64,000 nucleotides of DNA, taken from NCBI GenBank assembly GCA_016186695.1, contig JACPLC010000002.1, positions 31,335 to 95,334 on the forward strand. The letters run 5' to 3'. The translations under genes were made by a program, and so were the position numbers. The notes under the pieces were generated by a model, which did no database searches, was not told the DNA's origin, and saw nothing but the letters and a program-made list of their open reading frames with translations. Positions 19,383-27,624 of the stretch are shown in pieces. Numbering within the stretch: position 1 is the first letter of the stretch; every line of letters starts with the position of its first letter. This DNA comes from Candidatus Kaiserbacteria bacterium. Lineage in GTDB: Bacteria; Patescibacteriota; Minisyncoccia; Phycocordibacterales; UBA2100.

Positions 19383-20170
19383 TGTTCGTGATTTGCCGGT
19401 GTCTTTATTTCATAGAACGGTGCGCCGATCTCGAACGCTACTCTATTTTTCGCCGGAATGCGCTCCTGCATCTGAATGTCGCGCAGCTCCAGCGTGCGAC
19501 GTCCCATTTCCTCGAGCCCGAATTCTTGTTCACGGCCCTGTCGTATTGCGGATTCTCTGTCCCATACACGCCCATTCGCCGCTTTCATGTCGGCGATCCA
19601 TTCGTCTTTGACATTGATGCCATCACTGCGAAATGCACCTACTACCTTCGAGTAGAACGCGTATTCACGCTCGAAGGATGGATAATTTTTATTGCCTTTG
19701 AGACGCTCTAGCTTAAGTGCGGTAATGGTGAGACGGTCGACAGTCTCATGGAGGGGCAGTTTGTATGGCGTTTCAGCCGGTATCTGTTCTCCAGTGTCGA
19801 AAAAATCAGTGCCAAGCACCTCGGCCATTTTTGCGCGCTTCACGATGCGTTCGTCGTTCAGATCACGTAGCTGAACTGCAAGTTTGCCCACGTTCTCATT
19901 TGAGAGTTTGTTCTTCTTTGCGTTGCGGATGGCCTCCTCGACGTCCCAGAGTCTTCCATTCACCTCCTTCATGGTGGCGATCCACTCATCGTTGAGCGGG
20001 ACGCCGTCTTTGCGGTATGCATCCAAAACTTTCTTCCAAAACGCGGTTTCGTTCGCGATGGATTGCCGGTTCTCGTCATTTTCGGCTCGTTCATGCTTCA
20101 GTTCGATAATGGTGAATTTGTCGATGGCATCGAGGAGAGGGACCTTGAGATCGCTGTTAAGGTATTTCAT
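19379..20170 (-). CDS. Hypothetical protein with two tandem DUF6165-like helical domains
   Basis: Internal duplication: IDKFTIIELKHER...VNGRLWDVEEAIR and VDRLTITALKLER...ANGRVWDRESAIR. Confidence 0.7.
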   Translation of the reverse strand: MKYLNSDLKVPLLDAIDKFTIIELKHERAENDENRQSIANETAFWKKVLDAYRKDGVPLNDEWIATMKEVNGRLWDVEEAIRNAKKNKLSNENVGKLAVQLRDLNDERIVKRAKMAEVLGTDFFDTGEQIPAETPYKLPLHETVDRLTITALKLERLKGNKNYPSFEREYAFYSKVVGAFRSDGINVKDEWIADMKAANGRVWDRESAIRQGREQEFGLEEMGRRTLELRDIQMQERIPAKNRVAFEIGAPFYEIKTPANHEQ

Positions 20171-20324
20171 GGAAAACCAGTGTACCCGGTTGTAGATGGT
20201 AGCGAAAGAGGTTTCTGTAACTCGGCAGATTGCTGATGCGCTGTCAATGTCGATTTTACGCCAGAGCTAGGTGATTTGCACGAAGTGCATCGCTACCATT
20301 CACAACGGGGTGTACCATAGCGTG

Positions 20325-21263
20325 ATGCTTAATCTCGAAATGTTGATCAAAGAGGAACTGCTTCCACTTCGGCTTCCCTCGTTTGTCGAAAAAACACACG
20401 AGCAGCATATAGCGTGGCGCGCATACGGATTCGGGGCATGGCGTCGCGGTGAGGTGAGTTTGCTCGAATGTGTGGAGAATCTTATGCCGGGACGTTTTAA
20501 ATCTCCGGAGCTTCAACACAAGCTCCAAGCCCTTCTCGACCGCGAGCTCGAGGGTATTTTTGAACGTGCAGGTCTCTATCAAGAGGTACCGACGCTCTTC
20601 GAAAAGCCGTTTATTGCCACGAGCCCACAGAGATTCAAGAATTGGCTTGTCGCACTTCGGCTTATCAACGAAGTAATCTTGCAGGATGAATACCGCGCGC
20701 GAGGGCGTATTACGGAAGATTCGATCGTGATAGATGCCGGAGCGAATATCGGCACGTTTAGCGTGTTTGCGGCGACGCTCGCGTCACGCGGGAAGATATA
20801 TGCGTTCGAGCCGGCGCGATCGACCTTTGATACACTCGAAAAAAATCTGGGAACCTACGCGAACGCTGTCGCGGTACAAAGTGCGCTCGGGGATCGTTTA
20901 GGCGAGACGGAGCTCCTGATCGAGAATTCCTCCGGCGAAGGAAATACGCTCACGGAATCCGGCATGAGCGGATCATATAGCGGCAAAGAAGAAGTTCCCA
21001 TCACGACCATCGACGCGTTCGTCCACGGGCAGAAACTTTCTGGTGTTGATTTCATCAAGGTTGACAGCGAAGGGTTCGAGAAGCAAATCCTCGAAGGTGC
21101 AACGGAGACGATAAAAAAATATCGTCCCGCTCTCTCACTCTCCGCATACCACAAGCAAGGGGATCCGGCGCGTCTCACGGCGCTCATCAGCAGCTATTCT
21201 CCTCACTATCGATTCGAACTTAAATCAAGCCCCGAACTCGATCTCATCTGCGACGCGAGGTAG
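20325..21263 (+). CDS. FkbM family methyltransferase
   Basis: IDAGANIG, YAFEP, VDFIKVDSEGFE, SAYH. Confidence 0.9.
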   Translation: MLNLEMLIKEELLPLRLPSFVEKTHEQHIAWRAYGFGAWRRGEVSLLECVENLMPGRFKSPELQHKLQALLDRELEGIFERAGLYQEVPTLFEKPFIATSPQRFKNWLVALRLINEVILQDEYRARGRITEDSIVIDAGANIGTFSVFAATLASRGKIYAFEPARSTFDTLEKNLGTYANAVAVQSALGDRLGETELLIENSSGEGNTLTESGMSGSYSGKEEVPITTIDAFVHGQKLSGVDFIKVDSEGFEKQILEGATETIKKYRPALSLSAYHKQGDPARLTALISSYSPHYRFELKSSPELDLICDAR

Positions 21264-21296
21264 CTGCCCGCCTCTGTTCGCGATATCCTTTTCGTA

Positions 21297-22091
21297 ATGA
21301 CACTCGAGACACCAAAGAAGGACGACACTGAATCATTTGCTAACCCCGAGACAAAACTTCCGCGGGCTGATTGCCTTGCACTTCTTGGTAGAGGTGTCGT
21401 TAGGGTTAGCTCCGGCGAGGAGGAGCATTGGAAACTTTCACGTTACATAGAGGAAGTGGAACCTGGCAGAGAGGGTGGTTCATCCAGAACAGGAGAACAG
21501 GTTAGTGGAGCTATCTCGGAGCTCCCGCAGGAGAATCTCATTATTTCAGGCGGCACGGCGGGTGTGTTGGGAGCGCTTCAATATCTTGAAGAAGTGGAAG
21601 GAAAGAAACCGCTTGTAGTGATGGCCGCGGGACGTCCCCCGTACTTGAAAAATGCGCCAGAAGAAATGAGCGAAGGGTCAGTTATGAAAAGGGAGCTATT
21701 GCGACGGTTGGATGAGTCGCCCGAGGTGATTGTGAACGATGACAAGAATACATATGAAGGAGTTCTACACTCTTTACAGACGGCACAGGAGCGCGGACGT
21801 TCATCTATCGTTTTTACGACCATCGAGTTGCATATGCCGCGAGTAAAGGAACTACATAAGTACATTGTGCAGGAGCGCCCCGAACTTCGCGCCCTCAAAG
21901 CCTATTTCGTTACAGCTGAGGATCTGCTACGTCGGCGGTACGCGGGGTATCTTCCTCGGCTCGAAGCGTTCGAAAGGATCCAACAGGAGCTCCACGAGAG
22001 CGATGCATGGAAGCGAATGTGGGAGAGAGAGCAACGTGGCGTTCAAGATCTCAAAGAGGGAACCTACCGTCGAGATTGGAAGGATCTGTAG
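21297..22091 (+). CDS. YdcF/DUF218 (ElyC/SanA)-like protein
   Basis: SEGSVMK, NTYE and TTIELHMPR resemble the DUF218 SEA..M, NT.EN and VTS..HM.RA motifs. Confidence 0.55.
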   Translation: MTLETPKKDDTESFANPETKLPRADCLALLGRGVVRVSSGEEEHWKLSRYIEEVEPGREGGSSRTGEQVSGAISELPQENLIISGGTAGVLGALQYLEEVEGKKPLVVMAAGRPPYLKNAPEEMSEGSVMKRELLRRLDESPEVIVNDDKNTYEGVLHSLQTAQERGRSSIVFTTIELHMPRVKELHKYIVQERPELRALKAYFVTAEDLLRRRYAGYLPRLEAFERIQQELHESDAWKRMWEREQRGVQDLKEGTYRRDWKDL

Positions 22092-22095
22092 TTTT

Positions 22096-22878
22096 TCAAC
22101 GTTGGCTATTATTGCCTGTCTCAGGGATCGTTTTCGGCCTCTTTATGACCGAGACGCCCTTTCTCTTGACCACCTGCGAGGCGCAGAGGTTTGCGAAGGC
22201 GATCGCTTCTTTGATGTCTTCTGTTTCGGCAAAGCGCACGAGGAGTGCCGCAAAGAAGCTATCACCGGCACCTGTCACGTCTTTGACCTCAACAGATTTG
22301 ACGCCGTATGTCTTGCCACGGAACGAAACGCCCTCGCCGCCGCGCGTGCAGATGATCTTGCGGTCGAGATTGCGTGGGATAGGTAGTGAGTGGTCGTATT
22401 CGAATTTGTTTATCTTGATGTAGTGGGCATTATCGAGGAATCTTCCAATACGTTTTTTCGTATCCACGAACACAGAAGGGTGATTCTTGCAGATGTACCG
22501 GATGTCGTCATGGGCCAGAAACCCTTTGTTGTAATCGGAGATACCCACAAGATCGTATTTTTTCAGCGGGATTTTCTTTACGTTCACACGCGGATAAGAG
22601 TGTTTTGAGTCGACGCGGAAGAAGGCTTGCGGGGTTTTCTCGTGCATGAAGCGTGTCTTGGTGATGGCGCGCCAGTTCTTGTTCGTCGCTATGTCGCACC
22701 ACTGGCGGAGTGCTTTTACGTTCCGCTCGACATTTTTTGCCATCCCCGGATTCTGTGTTTGTTTTGTAACGTGCAGAACGGGTACAGGAATGTCCGGCGC
22801 AAGCCGTATGGTGTCGCAGTAGACGAATACATCGCGGCAGCTCTCTCCGATGATGAGTATGCGCTTTTTCTTTTTCAT
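22096..22878 (-). CDS. PfkB-family sugar kinase, HldA/RfaE domain I-like (heptose-7-phosphate kinase)
   Basis: RLAPDIPVPV, PGMAKNV, ITKTR, ISDYNKG, DVTGAGDSF. Confidence 0.85.
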   Translation of the reverse strand: MKKKKRILIIGESCRDVFVYCDTIRLAPDIPVPVLHVTKQTQNPGMAKNVERNVKALRQWCDIATNKNWRAITKTRFMHEKTPQAFFRVDSKHSYPRVNVKKIPLKKYDLVGISDYNKGFLAHDDIRYICKNHPSVFVDTKKRIGRFLDNAHYIKINKFEYDHSLPIPRNLDRKIICTRGGEGVSFRGKTYGVKSVEVKDVTGAGDSFFAALLVRFAETEDIKEAIAFANLCASQVVKRKGVSVIKRPKTIPETGNNSQR

Positions 22879-23900
22879 ACAATGGTATACGACGGCGCGA
22901 GGTGCAGTTCCGCAAAGGTAAGGGTTTTCTTGACCATTGGCTTCTTCATAGCACGAAGTATCGCGTTTGCGATATCAACCTTTGTCGGGTACCAGTTTGC
23001 GGTAAGGATCGTTGAGGTCGGGCAGGGAACATTGGGGGCTGCAAGTACCACCGGTCTTTGTTTGAGGGTACACGATTTCATAACACCTGCGACAATCTCG
23101 GACCCCACACCAAACGCCTCGCTCGTCGTATCGATGCAAAGAAGTCGTCCGGTCTTCATCACCGATTTTCTTATAGTGTCGTGATCGATCGGGTTGATAC
23201 TCACGACATCTATGAGCTCGACACTGATTTTTCTCCCGATGAGCTCGAGTGCCTGCAGAGAATCCACAAGACCGTCGCCATATGCGACTACTGTGAGGTC
23301 TTTTCCTTTGCAGAGGACTCGCGCTTTTTCGAGCGGCACCTCGAACATGCGTTTAGGCACGTCCTGCTTGGTCTGGTAAAGCCATCGCGGTTCCAGAACG
23401 AGAACAGGATTCGGGTCGCGCACCGCGGAAATAAGCAAGCCCTTCGCCATGTGCGGTGTTGAGGGGATGACTACTTTTAGGCCCCGAACCGCGCCGTACA
23501 TCGCATAGAGGGCTTGGGAGTGCTGCGGACCGTTGCCCCACTGGCGGCCCACGACGATGCGAACAGTGAGCGGTACGGGATTGCCCCCGCCGAACATGTA
23601 GTTCCATTTTGCCGCTTGCGTAAACATCTGGTCGGAGGCAAGAAGACTGAATTCAACGCGGTCGTGGTGAACGATGGGGCGCAGTCCGGACATTGCTGCG
23701 CCCACCGCGAGTCCGGTGAGAGCCGCCTCCGACGTCGGCGTATCGAGCACGCGGTGCGGATACTTTTTGGCAAGGTCCGTCGTCGTCCCGCCTGCGCCCT
23801 GCGGGACGCCTAAGCCGAGCACAAAGACGCGCTTATCACGCAGGAGTAGCTGTTCTGTTGCTTCTTTCAAAGCGTCCGCGTATTTGATTATCCGGGCCAT
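22875..23900 (-). CDS. TPP-dependent dehydrogenase E1 beta subunit-like
   Basis: RVLDTPTSE, GLRPIV, GPQHSQ, GLKVVIPS, DPNPV, KSVMKTGRL. Confidence 0.92.
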   Translation of the reverse strand: MARIIKYADALKEATEQLLLRDKRVFVLGLGVPQGAGGTTTDLAKKYPHRVLDTPTSEAALTGLAVGAAMSGLRPIVHHDRVEFSLLASDQMFTQAAKWNYMFGGGNPVPLTVRIVVGRQWGNGPQHSQALYAMYGAVRGLKVVIPSTPHMAKGLLISAVRDPNPVLVLEPRWLYQTKQDVPKRMFEVPLEKARVLCKGKDLTVVAYGDGLVDSLQALELIGRKISVELIDVVSINPIDHDTIRKSVMKTGRLLCIDTTSEAFGVGSEIVAGVMKSCTLKQRPVVLAAPNVPCPTSTILTANWYPTKVDIANAILRAMKKPMVKKTLTFAELHLAPSYTIV

Positions 23901-23925
23901 AAAATTTATCGTGCGTACCCGGTTA

Positions 23926-24044
23926 GTACAATTTCGAATAATTCCTGCTGTGGCTCTACCTGCGAATGTTGCGCCGCCATGAGAGTGCCATTTTTTATTG
24001 CTGTCAGCTGTTGAATGTTCATACGAAGCGATTCGAAATTGTCC
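23926..24044. mobile_element. MITE-like element (119 bp) with terminal inverted repeats and TA flanks
   Basis: GTACAATTTCGAAT...ATTCGAAATTGTCC (13/14 inverted match; 12-bp perfect core at 23928-23939 / 24031-24042), TA on both sides, non-coding interior. Confidence 0.6.
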
Positions 24045-25030
24045 TACCGGGCGTACATATCGGTGTAGAGTTCGATTTTCTTGGGATACGGCGATTTCTC
24101 TGCAAACGCAATGTCTTTCCGGACCCTCGTGCGTAGTGTGTTCTCCAGCGAAGAAAGTCTTTTTTCTGTGACACCAATACCCAACAACTCATTGTGCAGT
24201 TTTTTCAACGAATCGCTTTCCTGCCGCTTCTCGGCCGTGTCTTCGTTGCGGTATCCTTCTTCCATGAGGGGCGTGCTATGCGCCATATGACGGTACGTCA
24301 TGCACTCAAGGACCGCCGGCTCACTCTTTTCTCTGATCGATTTGACGAGCGAGAGCGCTTTTTTGTGCACATCGTGGTAATCATTCCCGTCTGCCTGCTC
24401 GTAGCGAGCGCCCAATCCTTCGACGATCTTTTTGACGTCGTAGTTCACGGAGCGGCGGTTCTTGATGTATGAGTTGATTGAAAAGAGATTGTTCTCAATG
24501 ACGAGGAGGAGCGGCAGCTTGTAGAGTGCCGCAAGGTTGTACGTCTCGTAAACGACACCCTCTTCGGAGGCACCATCGCCGTAGAAGGCGACCGTGACGG
24601 TGCCGCGCTTATTGTATTTTTGTTCGAAGGCAACTCCTGCAGAGATCGGAACCACGCTACCGAGGAGAGGAGTCGAGCCGACGAAGTTCACCTCTTTCGC
24701 GATCATATGCATTGAGCCGCCCTTGCCGTGTGCCGAGCCGTTTGCCTTTCCGAGGAGTTCGCACACCATTTTGCGAAAGTTACCCCCCTTGGCGAGGTAA
24801 TGGCCATGGGAGCGGTGGTTGCCCATGACCTTGTCGCCCTTTTGAAGCGCGTCGCACACGCCCACGGCGACCGCTTCCTGCCCGATGTAGAAATGGACCA
24901 TGCTGAATATTTTTTTATCCATGTAGAGCTTCACGAGCTCCTCTTGCGCGACTCGGATGGAAAGCATTCTTCGATACGCCTTGAGGAGCGCGTTCTTCTC
25001 GGCGTTTTTTTTACTCTTTTTTACCGTCAT
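24044..25030 (-). CDS. TPP-dependent dehydrogenase E1 alpha subunit-like
   Basis: HFYIGQEA, HRSHGH, GKGGSMH, TPP motif GDGA...IENN, TYR..AHS. Confidence 0.93.
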   Translation of the reverse strand: MTVKKSKKNAEKNALLKAYRRMLSIRVAQEELVKLYMDKKIFSMVHFYIGQEAVAVGVCDALQKGDKVMGNHRSHGHYLAKGGNFRKMVCELLGKANGSAHGKGGSMHMIAKEVNFVGSTPLLGSVVPISAGVAFEQKYNKRGTVTVAFYGDGASEEGVVYETYNLAALYKLPLLLVIENNLFSINSYIKNRRSVNYDVKKIVEGLGARYEQADGNDYHDVHKKALSLVKSIREKSEPAVLECMTYRHMAHSTPLMEEGYRNEDTAEKRQESDSLKKLHNELLGIGVTEKRLSSLENTLRTRVRKDIAFAEKSPYPKKIELYTDMYAR

Positions 25031-26052
25031 AGGTCTACCATGATCCGATTCGCTTTCCCTTCGCGCATCATCGTAATCGCATCATTTATCTTGTCGAGCG
25101 CCGTACGATGTGTGATGAGGAGAGATGTATCGAGGGTCTTCGCATACTTCTGTATGTACCGCCCGATGTCTCTCGCCGGCGCAAACTGGCCTCCCTGTGT
25201 CGCTTTTATCATTTTTCCTTCGCCGCCAAAAAGGTGGACCGCATTCATTATCTCCACACTTGCCCCCGGCTTCGGTTGGCCGACCAAAATGTAGCGTCCA
25301 CTGCCCGCAAGAAGGGGAAGCGTGTCCCGAATGCTCTCAGCGCTTCCTGATGTCTCGACGATAACGTTTACATCTTTGATCCCCGCTTTCCCGAGAGCTT
25401 CTTTGATATCTTCTTTTGCGCTATTGAAGAAGTGTGTCGCACCAAGTGACTTGGCCATCGTCTCTTTATCATGAATATCGAGAGCGATGATTGGATTTGC
25501 GCCGGCGAGTGATGCCGCTTTCGTGAGAGAGGCACCGAGCCCTCCCACGCCGACCACAAGCACGCTTTCGCCCCGCTGCACGTTCGCTTCGTTTTCGATC
25601 GTCGCAAGTGCCGTCGAGAGACCGCAACCGAGAAGAGCGCAAAAGTCGTTCGGCGTATCTTTAGGTGCTACCGTGAGCCTGTTTTCAGAGACGATCGAGT
25701 ATTCGCTCAAGGTCGTTACCTTGCCACTCGACATTTTTCTGCCTTTGTACATGTATGAGGGGAAATCTGATTCGATACCTTCGCCCTTCCGCCAATGCAT
25801 CACGACCTTGTCGCCTTTTTTTACGGTCGTAACACCCTCGCCGACCTTCTCCACGATGCCGCATCCCTCATGGCCGAGAAGATGAGGCACAAATTTTGCA
25901 TTGCCCTTGTAGCCGGCGATCTCCTGCAGCTGCGAGCCGCAAACCCCGCTCACGAGGATCTTTACGAGCACCTGACCATTGCCGAGCGGACCAAGCTCCA
26001 CTTCCGAAATAACAAGGGGAGCGTCAATAGTCTCCAACACGGCGGCTTTCAT
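25027..26052 (-). CDS. Zinc-dependent alcohol dehydrogenase (MDR family)
   Basis: GVCGSQ, LGHEG, LLGCG, GVGGLG; lacks the four-Cys structural Zn loop. Confidence 0.9.
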   Translation of the reverse strand: MKAAVLETIDAPLVISEVELGPLGNGQVLVKILVSGVCGSQLQEIAGYKGNAKFVPHLLGHEGCGIVEKVGEGVTTVKKGDKVVMHWRKGEGIESDFPSYMYKGRKMSSGKVTTLSEYSIVSENRLTVAPKDTPNDFCALLGCGLSTALATIENEANVQRGESVLVVGVGGLGASLTKAASLAGANPIIALDIHDKETMAKSLGATHFFNSAKEDIKEALGKAGIKDVNVIVETSGSAESIRDTLPLLAGSGRYILVGQPKPGASVEIMNAVHLFGGEGKMIKATQGGQFAPARDIGRYIQKYAKTLDTSLLITHRTALDKINDAITMMREGKANRIMVDL

Positions 26053-26116
26053 CTGGAACTGTATACCACAAAATTGTTTGCTATGCCCTTACGGGAGAGG
26101 GGGAATTGTACCGTGG

Positions 26117-26860
26117 CTATTCTGCGGAGAATGATGCTGCGGCTGCTTCCTCGGCCGGAAGCATCACTGATTTCTGCGGAGTTCCTCGTATTTTGAAAGA
26201 GTCGTATTCCTCGGGCGTAAGCGTGAACTCGTACTCTTTTCCTTGCGCGTCGTAGCACTTGGTCCACGACTGCTCGCCGATCTCCTGCGCGGCTATCATG
26301 CCCGTGGTCGAAGCAACTGCCTCGCCGAGGAAGTATCCCTCCTCCATATGTCCGGAAGTGGTGTCGTACAGAGGGGCGGTATACGACATCAGACATTGCA
26401 GCTTCACTTCGACGAGCTCGTCGGCCGAGACAGATGGGGTTGTAGATGCTTCTGTTTGAACACTCGGTGAGCTTTCTGTTGTCACGTGTACAGATTCTGC
26501 CGGAGGCTCCGCAGTGGAAGTTGCAACAGCAGGAGATGTCGTCTCTGTTGTGCTCGCAGTGTCCGCGGGTGATGTGGTGGCCGTAGCCGATGAAGTTGTC
26601 ACGACAGATTCTTCAGGGGTTGACGTTGCCGCACCAAGTACGGTTGGTTCCGGAGATATTGCGGGATCAGCCGTCGCTTGTTCGGTCGTTGATACCGGCG
26701 CAGAATCTGCGGTATCGGCGGGAGTGGTAGTTCCTAACAGCAACTCGGTGGAACTTGCCACAACCTGCGCCAAAACAGGTCGAACCACAAAAAATCCAAG
26801 CACGACCAATGCAAGAATCGCGAAACCGAGCCCTATAGAAACTACAATGTTGCTTTTCAT
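26117..26860 (-). CDS. Secreted/membrane-anchored protein with Ser/Thr/Pro-rich stalk and small C-terminal Cys-pair domain
   Basis: N-terminal hydrophobic helix ending VLA-Q, low-complexity stalk, about 90-aa C-terminal domain. Confidence 0.75.
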   Translation of the reverse strand: MKSNIVVSIGLGFAILALVVLGFFVVRPVLAQVVASSTELLLGTTTPADTADSAPVSTTEQATADPAISPEPTVLGAATSTPEESVVTTSSATATTSPADTASTTETTSPAVATSTAEPPAESVHVTTESSPSVQTEASTTPSVSADELVEVKLQCLMSYTAPLYDTTSGHMEEGYFLGEAVASTTGMIAAQEIGEQSWTKCYDAQGKEYEFTLTPEEYDSFKIRGTPQKSVMLPAEEAAAASFSAE

Positions 26861-26874
26861 GTGATTAATATTGC

Positions 26875-27351
26875 CTAATAAAATGCTAATAATGATGACG
26901 ATGTCGTAAGTCGGTTGGCGTAGTCCCAGAGGTACGTCGTCGTTTGTCCATCGGTTGTCTTTTGCGCGAGGTTGCCGTTCGCATCGTACATGTACGTCGT
27001 GGTACTCACTCCGTTTGAGATTTCAGTCACCGCGTGCGGATTCGCATATCCAGTACCTCCATATGTGTACGTGCTTGAGGCTGTTCCACTTCCGCTCCAG
27101 AGCGCCAGCATGCTCCCCAGCGTGTCGTACTCATACTGCTGCTTGTATGGCAGAGAGTCCGCTGCCGTCGTGGAAGCGGAGAGGAGACGGTTCAGGGCAT
27201 CATACGAGAACACCGTCGTCGCGCTTGAGCTTGCCGCGGCGGGATTTGCGAGCTGCGTGATGTTGCCGAAGGATTTGTACAAGCGTATAGCGCGATATGC
27301 TCGCCACATCACAGCAAGAGATTCGGGGATATTTTCAGTTGATGTTTTCAT
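26875..27351 (-). pseudogene. Orphan RHS/YD-repeat fragment
   Basis: About 120 aa near-identical to the GNITQLANP...DYANRLT segment of the large RHS protein; non-RHS ends, no RHS core or tip. Confidence 0.75.
26905..27267. repeat. Direct repeat copy A (~360 bp) of RHS internal segment at ~28841-29196
   Basis: Long identical runs such as catactgctgcttgtatggcagagagtccgc and tacgagaacaccgtcgtcgcgcttgagct; many differences are synonymous. Confidence 0.9.
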
Positions 27352-27387
27352 TGTTTAAAAGTATCTGACACCATTATCCAAACTCCA

Positions 27388-27603
27388 TTATCTGAATAAC
27401 CAAGTTAATAAGATAAATATGCCAATGATCAAATTCGTCAAAGCTTGGAAGCGTGCAAATCTTATCGTGCCTTCGGTAGTTTCGCTCTGTTTCCATAGGT
27501 TGTGTCTTACCCAGTTGAAGAATTTTTTACTAAAGAGTCCGAGGGCTCCAATAATTGTGAAAAGGAGTCCAGCCAGAAGAATGACGATATCTTGATTCAT
27601 CAT
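27388..27603 (-). CDS. Small 2-TM membrane protein, candidate RHS immunity protein
   Basis: 71 aa, two hydrophobic helices, AT-rich, starts 21 nt downstream of the RHS stop. Confidence 0.6.
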   Translation of the reverse strand: MMNQDIVILLAGLLFTIIGALGLFSKKFFNWVRHNLWKQSETTEGTIRFARFQALTNLIIGIFILLTWLFR

Positions 27604-27624
27604 TTTTAGTTGCTACGTTAATAA

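Noticed and set aside
22875-25030. Housekeeping pyruvate dehydrogenase (pdhAB)
   Set aside because: No E2/E3 adjacent and the context is sugar modification, so no gene symbol was given
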